Part shown: one piece after another, positions 27,374 through 38,664 of the stretch | How the letters are laid out: each line of letters starts with the position of its first letter | Numbering within the stretch: the first letter of the stretch is position 1 | Assembly: GCA_038087875.1 (NCBI GenBank) | Contig: CM075988.1 | Location: forward strand, 27,158,001-27,222,000 | Length of the DNA: 64,000 nt | Reading direction: 5' to 3' | Origin: Malacoraja senta | Lineage: Eukaryota | The notes under the pieces: model-generated | What the model saw: the letters and a program-made list of their open reading frames with translations, nothing else | Database searches by the model: none | Told to the model about the DNA's origin: nothing | Position numbers and translations under genes: made by a program

Positions 27374-27592
27374 AAGATAGACACAAAATACGGGAGAAGC
27401 TCAGCGGGACAGGCAGCTTCTCTGGTAGAAGGAATGGGTGATGTTTCAGGACGAGACCCGAGTCTGAAGAAAGGTCTTGACCCAAAACGTCCCCCATTCC
27501 TTCTCTCCAGAAATACTGCCTGTCCCACTGAGTTACTCCAGTATTTTGTGTCTATCTTCGGTATAAACCAGCATCTGCAGTTCCTTCCTACA
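27374..27592. mobile_element. Fold-back Penelope pLTR element with central hammerhead-like core
   Basis: gaagatagacacaaaatac... / ...gtattttgtgtctatcttc inverted arms around gagacccgagtCTGAAGAaaggtcttgacccaaaacgtc. Confidence 0.8.
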
Positions 27593-29039
27593 TGTCAAAA
27601 TATTAGCATGGCATTTCTCTTTTTGCATACTGATATATACGTATTATGTATCCATTTGTTGATAACAACACACACACAAAGAGTATTAAAATAGGTTAGT
27701 TAAAGATCTGATTTCAATATATTTTGAAATATATATATATATTCTGAATTGCAGGGTATTAAGGGGCATTGATTATGTGCAGGCTAAAGAGATTAGTTTA
27801 ACAGCTCATGTTTTCATGGACATTGTGGGCCAAAGGTCCTATTCTTGTCCTGCACTGTTCTGCATTCCATGGTGCATACACACAGAAACTGATTGACCTG
27901 TTAACTATTTCGAATCTTTTCTGGCCCATTGAGCCTACTCCACCATCCTTCTCAAACCAATTCTCCTGCCTTCTCACTGTAACCTTTGATGTCCTTACTA
28001 ATCAAGAACCTATCAATCTCCTCATCCATCTAAAGTCCAGGTTACGTGAGCGTAGGCCCAGAGCCATCAAATACTCCTCATAAGTTTACCAATAGAGTTC
28101 ACTGGAAACCAAATCATCTGAAGTGGAGTTCATCTTGCATTCTAGATTGTGTGTTTAGCAAACATCAGATGGCTCAAATATGCACATTATTTTATGCACC
28201 TTGAAGCATTCAGGAAATCTGGAAATCATTGCCTTTTCCTCATTTCCTTGAAACTTAATTTATCTTGGTCATCTGCAACATGTCTTAGCAGAGTTCACTT
28301 TGCTAGCAAACTCATGAAAATACAAAATATTTGTTGTTTACTAAATCAATTTTCCCAATTTAAAATTTCACCCTAAAGAATCCAAACAAATGTAAGCTGT
28401 TGTTGCAATATTGCATCTTCCCTCAATAGTTGCTCACACCCGACCAATAGGATAAAGCAAAACACTTTTCCACTTAATTTTATGATTACATCAGTGTGAT
28501 CTTGCACTACATCTTTACATCTAATCGGTGTGACTTTGATGTCAATTCATTTTTTATCTCAATTTAAAATGTTTAAAAAGGATACAAAGAGGTTTGTTCA
28601 GATATTATTTCAAGAGCTTTACTTCAAAAGACTGGAATTACCTCAGATTCAGGAGTGATTTAATCATAAACAAGTCAGATGCTGTAACCTGTTTGGTGAC
28701 ATGCTTTGATCAGGTTCCATTCCTCAGACTAACACTAGAAAAGGGGGACATATAATCAGTAATGCATCTCTCGGTAAATAGCCAAACCATTCAAAAGCAA
28801 GCCCTGATTTGGACTCAATCTAGATCCAAGTGCTGGCTCTTAACCTTGCACCACATCCACTCATGATCTTCATGTGTGAATATATATGTATGCAAACTAG
28901 AATTTTGTTTCATAGAACTGTTATTGTGAACTAAAGGCAATTTTATACTCACAAGTTAGTGGGAAGGAGGCAGCCCAGGTTAAATCCTAAACTCGAGTGC
29001 TGTTTCTGTTATTTACAGATTTTCCCAATGAGTTTAATT

Positions 29040-29245
29040 TAGTTTATTTTAGTTTAGTTTAGAGATACAGTGCGGAATCAGGCAAAGTCCATGCCAACTC
29101 CAATCATCTATACTAGTTTAATTAACCTACAAACCTGCACGTCTTTGGAATGTGAGAGGAAACCAGAGCACCCGCAGTCAGGATTGAACCCGGGTCTCTG
29201 CTCTGTAAGGCAGCGACTCAACCTCAGCGCTACTGTGCCACCCTT
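29040..29245 (-). mobile_element. V-SINE (HE1-like), internally deleted
   Basis: (ttagt)n tail, aattaacctacaaacctgcacgtctttgga, caggattgaacccgggtctctg. Confidence 0.7.
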
Positions 29246-29574
29246 GCGGAACTCATGAAACATGCAAACTTAGAAAAGCAAGAATGCCTCTTCTCTCAGT
29301 CCAACAAGCTCCTAAACATCCCACAAGAGGCCACCCCCATCCGTCCTCTTCCCCAGACACACAAACTGTGCCGCAAACCCGTATCCAAGAACATCAAGGT
29401 GCCCACATCCCTCCTCTGGTTCTCCGCAGACTGACAGAACCAGCCTCTCAGTCTGAATGTCTAACCCTAATGTCTACCAGCTGGAGTCCTTCAAGACCAT
29501 TTAAGACGAGTCTTGCTGTTAAATTCAGCAGGATCAATTGGATCAAATCAGATCAAAACCAATCAGAGCAAACT

Positions 29575-30560
29575 CAGGGCAGCACAGTTGCACCTCTGGA
29601 CCTCACAGCATCAGAGTCCCGGGTTCGATCCTGACCTCGAATGCTGTCCGCGTGGAGTTTGCAACTGCAACTGCAAGTTTATTTATATAGCACATTTCAT
29701 ACACGAGGCAGACTCAAAGTGCTTCACATAAAAACATGTCATACAATAAAATGAAATAATAAAAGGAAATAAAATAGAAGAATTAAAAGAAAAGAAAAGT
29801 TAAAAATGCATTATAGAAAAGTGCAAAAGTTAAAAGTGCAATGTAGTTAAGATTTAGCTGAAAGCTAAAGTAAACATAAAAGTTTTCAGTCTTGTTTTAA
29901 AAGTGGTGAAAGTAGGGGCATCTTAAATCTTCAGGAAGTTTATTCCAGCTATTTGTTGCATAGTAACTAAATCCTGCTTTCCCATGTTTTGTATTTACTC
30001 TGGGAATCACTAACAGATTGGTCTCAGAAGATCTTAGCGGTCTAGAAGGCTTATATAGTGGAAGCATGTCAGTGATATACTTTGGCCCTAAACCATGTAG
30101 TGATTTATAGGTGAGCAGCAGGATTTTGAAATCAATTCTCTGACATACAGGGAGCCAATGTAAGGATTTAAGAATTGGTGTAATGTGTTCAAATTTTTTG
30201 GTCTTTGTTAGAACTCTAGCAACAGCGTTCTGAACAAGCTGTAGCTGCCTGACAGTTTTATTCGGAAGACCTGCAAGGAGACCGTTACAATAATCTAGCC
30301 TACTAGTAATAAAGGCATGTACAAGTTTTTCTAAGTCTTGAGCTGACATGACTCCTCTTAGTCTTTGCACGTTCTCACTGTGTCCACATGGGCTTCCTCC
30401 GGGGACTCCGGTTTTCTTCTGTTTCCCAAAGATGTGCAGGTTTGCAGGTTAATTGTCCTTTCGAAAATTGCCCCCAGTGGTTATAGAATGTATGTGAAAG
30501 TGGGATGACATAGAACAGGTGTGAATGGGTGATCAATGGACAATATAGACTCAGGGGTCA
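29575..30560 (+). mobile_element. V-SINE interrupted by an L2 insertion
   Basis: Head cccgggttcgatcctgacc...gtggagtttgca resumes at about 30370 as cgttctc...ctccggttttc. Confidence 0.7.
29664..30363 (-). mobile_element. L2 LINE 3' fragment
   Basis: ORF 29897-30370(-) LVHAFITSRLDYCN...HITPILKSLHWLPV...RIDFKILLL; tail aataaa(cttgcagttgca). tttgca duplicated at 29658-29663 and 30364-30369. Confidence 0.9.
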
Positions 30561-31327
30561 AAAAAATAAACTATATCTTATATTTAATGGAGATATTTTA
30601 CATCTCTATAAAACTACATGAAACTCAATAACGGGAAACCCGTAGATTCCAGAACTCCTACTGCAAGAGGTGAGCTCCCAGCCCTGGCTCTTGTGTTCCC
30701 AACTCCATGACCAAACCCTGTGTCTCAACACACAAGCCTACAACATTAGCCAAGTCTGATGAGACCGCTCTTCACACCCACACTCTGGCAGCTGGTGGTG
30801 GCCTGAAATCCACAAACTTTGAGAGATTCCCACAGCCAACAAGAAGAAGAGAAACTGTGTACCATATGCCGAAACATTATGAAGTTGTTACAATCATGTA
30901 TACAATTGCCTGCAATTGATGAGCTGCCTCTGGCATCACCAAGGGAACAGCTTTCCTTGTGTTGGAGGGAGCCTGCAGTGACAATGTATAAACTGTACCA
31001 AATTACAGCCTTCAAATGGAAGCAGTAACATTGTGTTCCTGATGATGAACGAGAATTTACAATTATTAGTGGGGAACTATTTAGACAAACTAAAGCATGT
31101 TGGAACTGGCGCAGCCATTGTTCTCTAATTACCTGAGGCATTTCCCAAGAATAAAAGGAAACAAATAACAAATGATTCCTGTTGCGAGAACCATTGAAAG
31201 CAAACATGTAATTATGGCTTCTTTGTAATGAAAAAGCCATTAACTAACATAGAACAAACTTCATTTGAAACAACTTTGACAAAGATTGTTATACCTACAT
31301 TCAGTCAACAGAATTACACATTTACAT

Positions 31328-31420
31328 CAGTCTGAAGAAGGGTCCCGACCTGAAACGTCACCTATCCATGTTCTCCAGAGATGCTGACTAACCCATTGAG
31401 TTACTCCAGCACTGTGTGTC
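31328..31420 (+). mobile_element. Penelope-like pLTR with minimal hammerhead core
   Basis: cagtCTGAAGAagggtcccgacctGAAAcgtcacctatccatgttctccagagatgctg...gagttactccagca. Confidence 0.75.
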
Positions 31421-32309
31421 TTTATTTTGTATAAATATACCACCCCACCCCACTCTTAGATCCCCATAATCTTCAGCTCACCGAGCCATTCCAGGCCAGA
31501 GCCCCTGATTAATAATAAATGCTTTTAAAAATGTAGAAAATGTGCTGTCAATTATTGTGCTCAGATCTCCAAAATCCCAATTAATGCACAACAGCTGATT
31601 GAATTTGATTTTAATGAGTATTTCTGTGTTATATTGAGAACAGTTTGATAATGCATTTTATTTTGTAATTTCAGATTCCTACTTTGCTTTTGATCACTCA
31701 GAGTACAGTGTAGATGTCCTGTGTTGAACTATAAGGCAGCTGACCTGTCGCGCAGGTGTCTTGGAAACTCAATGTCAAACTCCAATGTTTGATGTGGAAG
31801 TTCAGCAACTTGAATAAGAAGATTTCCATTACGCAAAGATTTTGAAGATTACTTGATGCCAATTTCTGGACAGATGCCGCTGAAAGATGTCATGAAGAGA
31901 AAGAAATTAGTTTCTCAGCCCTGCATGAAGGCCACATTATGTGCTGTATATCAATGATCTCTGCTACTTGATTGCCTGAGAGCTTGGCTAGCATGTCAAG
32001 TTTATTCCTTTCCTTCCTCAATGTACCTTGGCTGGGACATGGTCTGATGTCTTATTGAGAGCTAAGTTGCTGAACCAATGAAATCTTCCAAACATGCTGA
32101 TGAACTGACATTAATCTCAGTCAAGATCATGGTTGTATTGTTTCCCTCGAAGGTATGTATATAAATGATTCACCCACCTGCTATACAACCAGCATCATTT
32201 TCTTTCATGGACATAAGGAATGGGATTGAATAAAGAGTATTTTTGCACTGACATGTAACAGAAATCTCTGGGCCCTTTGGCATATAACTCGAGTCGAAAT
32301 TAATTCGAA

Positions 32310-32770
32310 AGACTGCACAAAAGATTCACGTGGATGTTACTCAGACTGGAGTTGAGTGGTTGGATAGGCTGGGATTATTTTAAGCTGGGAAGGAGGCTGA
32401 GGTGTGACCTTATACAGGTAAATAAAATCATGAGGGGCGTAGATTGATGGATGGTCACTATATATTTCCAAGGATAGTCCACAACTAGAGGTCATAGATT
32501 TAAAACAAGAGGGGAAAGATGTAAAAGGGACCTGAGAGGCAACTTTTACATACAGAGGCTGTTGGGTATAAGGAACAAATTACCAGGCATAGCAGTAGAG
32601 AAGGGTACAATTACATCACTTAAAAGATATTTGAACAGGTACATGCATAGGAAAGGTTGAGAAGTATATGGGTCAAACGCAGACAACTTTGCTAGTGCAG
32701 ATAAAGATCATGGTCAACATAGATGAGGTGCGTCGAAGTCACTGTTTCTGTTCCGTTTGACCCTATATCT
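32310..32770 (+). mobile_element. Old, degenerate CR1 3' fragment
   Basis: Recognisable blocks aaagattcac, aactagaggtcatagatttaa, gacctgagaggcaactttt. Confidence 0.6.
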
Positions 32771-33009
32771 CTAAATTATTTAGCTTTGTTAATTATGTGC
32801 AATGAGGTTCATTTAATCATATCCATGAGTTATGACTTTAAGATTTAATATGCCATCTTATAATATATCTATTAATAATATTTGAATAGAACATATTAAT
32901 AATTTATCGTGCTAAACCTTTCCACCCGCTGTCTCCTCCCCCCCCCCCCCACCTCCTTCTCACGTCTTTATTTTGTCTGTTATTCCGAAATGTAAAATTA
33001 CAAGAAGCG

Positions 33010-33296
33010 TGGATTCCCATCCGTTCCGATCATCCCAGCGAGACGGCATGTACATCGGGCCGTCCGTATCAGCGACTGCGGAGGGTTCAAGGCCCCGACC
33101 ACGGGTGAACAAAGAGGAAGATGACTGAACTTTATTGCCTTCCCTCACAGTGGGAAACGTTGAGTGCACTGTGCGCGGATGTTCATGTTAAATTCTATAT
33201 CGTGTATTGTGTTCCTTTTTATTTGTATGACTGTATGGTAACTCAAATCTCACTGTACCAATTGGTGCATGTGACAATAAATGTAACGAACTTGAT
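33010..33296 (+). mobile_element. GC-rich non-coding retroelement, 3' part (family copy A)
   Basis: gccttccctcacagtgggaa...cactgtg..gatgtt...atgactgtatgg...gacaataaa. Shares blocks with 54340-54510. Confidence 0.6.
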
Positions 33297-34402
33297 TCGG
33301 GGGGGGGGGGGGGGGATAATTAAAGGACATTGATAGTGAAGACTTTTAAAAGTAGCACCTATTTAAAAAAAAATAATTGTAAAATAAGGTGTAAGATGTT
33401 GCTGCATCATTCTATTACTTTAGCTTTAAATTCACAGATATTCAGAGAGCAAGCTGTCTCTCGGGAACAGATGGCTCTCTAAGTATGCACTGTGCTAATG
33501 AAAAGGTTCCTTATGTTTCAGTAATTGAAACCTACCCAAAGGTCAGGAACCATTTTATTATTGTGATATCAACCCTGGGCAACAGAAACAAACATGGTAA
33601 TAAAACACTTTAATTATTGTCATCCTGTTAATGCTCTCCATCTTTTAAATTTTATTTCATAAATTATTATTTGTTTCTCTAAATCCTCAGCTTTTAAACT
33701 AGTTAACTTTCAAAGATAAAAAACTAAGAAAGGAGTGAAAGACTGAGCTTAGATAATTGTTCCTTTACACAATCAAATAGGCCAAATGTAACTAATGCAA
33801 TAACTCTTTGCATGGTCATTTGCAGGCATTAGTGAAATCACTGTGCTGGAAAATCTCTGCAGTTCTGAAATTGTTGCCGTATGCAAATGGAAACAGACTT
33901 CTTAATGCCTTTTCCTAAAGACAGCATGTTCTCCAGAAAATCCACAATTAAGATCCTCCAATCAGACTTGCAGGTTTGTTACGTGTGAGGTAAGCAAGGT
34001 AAGATGTGTTTAAGGAGCGTTCTTAAAGACATACAACAGATGGAGAGGTTTGGGGAGGGATTTTCCCACAGCACAGAAGGATTATTCAGGTCATCCTCAT
34101 GAGCACTTTGTAAGGGTCCTCCCAATTCTCCCACCCTTCTTCCCCAGCTCTGGACATTTTTGAAGTAGTAATTCAAAACGGATGTCACTAATCAGTCAAT
34201 TAAACATGCAGTTACAGCTTTGGGCCAAAGACCTAAGTTAGTTCTGGCAAAGAGTTTTGGACCTGAAATATTAACTCTCAACCTCTTTCCACTGATGCTG
34301 CCTGAGCTGCTGAGTGATTATGGTTTCTCAGCATGTTTTATTTATTTTACAGTTCCTTTAAATAATTATGAACAAACTTTTGGAATGATCCATAATCTAA
34401 TT

Positions 34403-34620
34403 ATTCTTATAATGAGGCTCGTACAACGACGTAATCGGAGTCTGTCTTTATTTAGCAACTCACTACAGCAGCTGCCTCGTGCTGCATCCCCGGGCCCTGC
34501 TGCTAGGCCTCTCTCCGGTTACGCCCACAGCCCCACCTTCAGGCCGGATGCCGTCACTGCAGCCTGACCACTGGCAGCAGAATAAAGGCATTCCTTACTC
34601 TATTATTCCATAATACCACA
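34403..34620 (-). mobile_element. LTR-like 218-bp insert flanked by a 15-bp direct repeat
   Basis: atccataatctaatt at 34388-34402 and 34621-34635. The reverse complement starts TGTGG and has a GC-rich core and AATAAA near its 3' end. Confidence 0.6.
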
Positions 34621-36427
34621 ATCCATAATCTAATTCAGCTGCAGATTGAATGCCAGTTAAAGTGACAATAAGTTAAGGTTACACTTTTGGCACTGACATT
34701 ATGGGCTGAATGGGTCTGTTCCTGTGCTGTATTGTTCAATGGTCTACGATCTCTGTTCTATGAGATCAGAGGTACAATGAAATAGGTTCTCATGTACACA
34801 TACAAGTTATAGATTTAAACTAAAAAAGTACCCTCAGTGTTAGCATCTTATTTAGTTGTTTACTTAAAATTGGAGTTAGAACGACTTGATGGGAGAAGCA
34901 AACAAAAACATTTTCACTTCTCTGTGTTATATTTGCCCATTTGTTGAGCAGGACTGGGTTGTCACACAAATCCATGAAGAGTGCAGCCGCTAATACCAAT
35001 GAGTCATTTCCAGATTAACTGGAAGAAATTCATTGTCACATACTGGCTGACATGTACAATTAATAACCGTAAAGATTAAGGTATTGGAAGATCAATGTTC
35101 ATCATACATTGCTAGAATTATTGGCAGGTTACAAAATAACCTCTGGTACACCCTGAATGCGTAACTAAGAAAGGGCCAGCGGCAGGTATTACAAACATGA
35201 TGCGTTCAAAATCGTTCAGAACCACAAAGTCTACTAAATGCTTACACCCGACATTCGTGCATATCCTGCAAACAATAAATCTGTAATAATCTCATCGCAA
35301 TAATTGCAATTACTTCTTAGATTACCAACTGACTGGCTTCTCTGTCAGACCCAGTTGCCTCCTTCCTTCCAATGGTCGACTTGTGCACTCTTCTCACTCC
35401 CATGGCTCTCACTACTCTTCTTCTGAAAGGAGCAGATAGCACATTCCAACCTCGCAAACTCACTTATCCATTGGAATTAACATAGATGCAGAAATGGGCC
35501 TATACAACTTCCTATTCAACTCATGGTCATTCAGTGGAGTTGCAGACATGAATTTAACAAATGTTATTTTCTTTTCAATGGCTTGGATTTTTTCATCTTT
35601 TCCATTCAAATGAAATGGAATGTATACATTCTGATGAACAGTAGTATCCCAATAGTGTGACAGGGTTCGTGGATCAAAGTGCCTTTTGCCACCCATTATA
35701 GTTTGTGTTCAAATGAATGGACAACTATCATCGGGTGTATTTAAGACACTTTAGTATTTATGGCCACGTCACCTCCGATGTGACATTTTGAAATCATGAA
35801 GTATGATTTCACTGATACATGCTTACTTTGTTTAGTTGATGAAATGTAAACAGTGGCTTGTAAAGAACAGGCCAAATGCCCGCAAAGAGCAGTGCAGACT
35901 TCGTCCCTCGTGAGGGAATGAGTCTTAGACCAACATTTGTGTATAAAACATCTTAGCAACTTGCTCTTGCCACAGACTTCTCTCCTGCACCATCATGAAC
36001 AATCTGCTGTGCTCATGATCCTGAGCCCATCGATCTACCAACTCTGCCGCTTGACCTGTGTGAGGCCTCCATTCCACCTCCCTCCATCCCATTCACACCA
36101 AAGGCCCAGGAGACGTGGAGCCACTGACCATCCTGAACACAACCTTTGAACGGAGTATCTACTGTGAGATTTTAATGCTGGAACAGAATTTGACATCCTG
36201 ATTTTACACTCATTAGGATGCAATGGAATTTCTTAGCATTAGTTCTTTTGGGGCGATTTTTTTAGAGATACAGCGTCACAACAAGCCCTTCAGATGACAG
36301 AGTCATCACCGACCATAATCACCTGAATACTGGTTTTATACTACACCCTAGGGACAATTAACTGAAGCCAATTAACCTACAAACCTGCACTTCTTCTTAA
36401 CCAGGGCACTCAGAGAAAACCTATGCT

Positions 36428-37428
36428 TAGGTATGTTACAATACTTACCGTCAGCGGCGCTGTAATTCTGCCACTGGCCGTGTGCGTGATTTTGGCGCCT
36501 TTAAGGGGGGGGGCGGGTTTAAAATGCGGGTTTCACCTACCTTGTCCTGTATTATATTTAGTTGGAGTACAAGCGTTTGCTGAAAAATCGTTCCTAGGGG
36601 CGTTTTGTGTATTTTTTATTTTTATTAAATCGACAATGTCAGCGCTGGAGTCATTTTTAAATCAGTTTCTAAAGCCGTCAGCGCCGACAACGGGGATGGA
36701 TTTCACACATGGGACAGGTAAACGAAAGTGGTTTATTTTAATGTATAAAAGTGCTTCTTAAGAAGCCTTTAATTAATATTTTTTCATGCGAAACGGTGAT
36801 TTTATTCCCCGAACTAACGGCAGAATTTTTCATGCCAATACGGGGTTAAATTCACCGCAAATCAACGTTCCAAATGATCGCGTTCCAGAAATTCTCACTC
36901 GCAAGATGATTTAAATTCCCATTAATGTGCAGATATTAAACATTCAATTCCTTCCATTTGGCCTGTAAATTCATGACAATGAGATTTAAAAATTATGTTA
37001 TATTGTGAATTCTTGTGTGAATGTTATTTGGACACTTAGGCTATTTAAAAATGTTAATTTATTCTTAAGAAATTGATAGATGTTTAGATCTAGTAATTGA
37101 ATTTTGTAATTAGCTACAATTAGGTAACTAACTAATTATATGCTTTAATTTCATGTCTTCTAAGTAAGATTGTTTCATATTTGTTTCAGAATGCTTCAAT
37201 CTATAATAATTGAAAATTTCAGTTCTCTTAATTTTTAAGAAAGTTATGGGCTTTTAACTGTCCTCGATCACAGCTTTTGTGTTAAGTCAATGGAAAAGCA
37301 ATAGGGAACAAGATGCTAATTTCCGAGTATGAAAATGGCCATCACTTTTTTAATACTGAAGATATGAAAGTGAATTAGGTGTCAAATTAACCTTCTTTTT
37401 ATGCTTTATCTGATGGGATAAATTGCTA
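36428..37428. mobile_element. Non-autonomous DNA transposon with 7-bp TSD (copy 2)
   Basis: Begins TAGGTATGTTACAA and ends ...attgCTA. ctatgct duplicated at 36421-36427 and 37429-37435. Reverse-complement homology to 21678-22904. Confidence 0.85.
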
Positions 37429-37440
37429 CTATGCTGTCAC

Positions 37441-38050
37441 CAAGAGTGGAACTCGCTATCAAAACATGGAGGGGACGGGGGACACAATTTTTTGGCGGCC
37501 GAGCGCGCATGCGCACACTCACACACACGCGCGCGAGGCTTCGGAGGCTCAATCCAGCGCTAAATGCAGCTCAACTCTGCCTGTCTCACCGGGTTAACTA
37601 CAGCCCTGGCTGGACTGATGGGACACCAGCGCGGCTTCTCCGCGCTGGCCATATTTCCCGCAAGCCCAGGCAGGTTCACCTGGCGGGACAGGCAGAGTTG
37701 AGCTGGGTTTAGCGCTGTTTCTCTGCGCTGGCTGTGGGCCTGGGGGTACAGCTCGCGTCTGACTCCCGACCTCTCTGGCCACTCGTGGGGGGGGGGTGCA
37801 CTCGGGACAGCACCGGAGACCCGGCCGGGATCGATCCTGCCCGCGGACGAGGCGCAGGTCTATGCCACGTCTCCCTCCTCCAATCAACGCGCTCTTTCCT
37901 CAGTCCCACCCCCCCCTCCCCCAATCATCGCGCCCTCGATCATCAGTCCCACCCCCACTGTCTCGCGGAAAGCGGAGATTTTAAAATACGGATCACAAAA
38001 ACTTGGGGGGGGATGTCCCCCACCACTCAAAACCGGGTTTGCCGCCCCTG
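37441..38050. mobile_element. CpG-rich non-autonomous hAT-like element with 8-bp TSD
   Basis: gctgtcac duplicated at 37433-37440 and 38051-38058. Right end gccgcccctg (CAGGGGCGGC-type TIR); left end degenerate (caagagtgg). Confidence 0.7.
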
Positions 38051-38232
38051 GCTGTCACACAGAGAAGGTACAAACTCCGCACAGACAGCACCCATGGTCA
38101 GGATCGAACCTGAGTCTCTGGCGCTGGAAGGCATCAACTCCACTGCTGTGCCACTGTGCCACCCTTATTTTCCCAGTCAGTACAAGCTACGATCGAAGCA
38201 GTGTATTTATCTTCTGTGATGCACTACAGTTA

Positions 38233-38488
38233 CAGGGCCCTCCATAATATTTCAGACAGACCCATCATTTATTTATTTGCCTCTGTACTCCACAATTTGG
38301 GATTTGTAATAGAAAACATTACATGTGGTTAAAGTGCACATTGTCAGAATTAAATAAAAGCCATTTTAATACATTTTGGTATCACCATGTAGAAATCACA
38401 GCAGTGTTTATACATAGTCCCCCCATTTATTTTTTTATTTTTAATTTAATTTAAAAAAAAAATTTTTTAGTCCCCCCATTTCAGGGCA
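38233..38488. mobile_element. Tc1/mariner terminal inverted repeat fragment
   Basis: TA followed by cagggccctccataatatttcagaca, with a second internal cagggca repeat start at about 38482. Resembles IR/DR-type Tc1 ends. Confidence 0.65.
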
Positions 38489-38489
38489 G

Positions 38490-38662
38490 AATTGGCCTCC
38501 ACTGCCTTCGGTGGCAGAGAATTGCACAGATTCACAACTCTCTGGGTGAAGTATTTTTTCCTCATCTCAGTCCTAAATGGCCTACCCCTTATTCTTCAAC
38601 GGTGACCCCTGGTTCTGGACTCCCCCAACATCGGGAACATTTTTCCTGCATCTAGCCTGTCC
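38490..38662 (-). mobile_element. CR1 LINE internal 3' fragment
   Basis: ggcagagaattgcacagattcacaactctctggg...ggttctggactcccccaacatcggg. Confidence 0.75.
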
Positions 38663-38664
38663 AA

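Larger units (their letters stand above)
36265..38165 (-). mobile_element. V-SINE split by two DNA transposons
   Basis: gagaaaacctatgct|gtcac|acagagaaggtacaaactccgcacagacagcaccc reconstitutes the SINE body after removing 36428-37435 and 37441-38058. Confidence 0.75.

Noticed and set aside
37441..38050. CpG-island-like promoter
   Set aside because: Bounded by an 8-bp TSD and a hAT-like end, so it is transposon interior. The CpG-rich blocks at 46912-47250 and 53795-54430 are also repeats.
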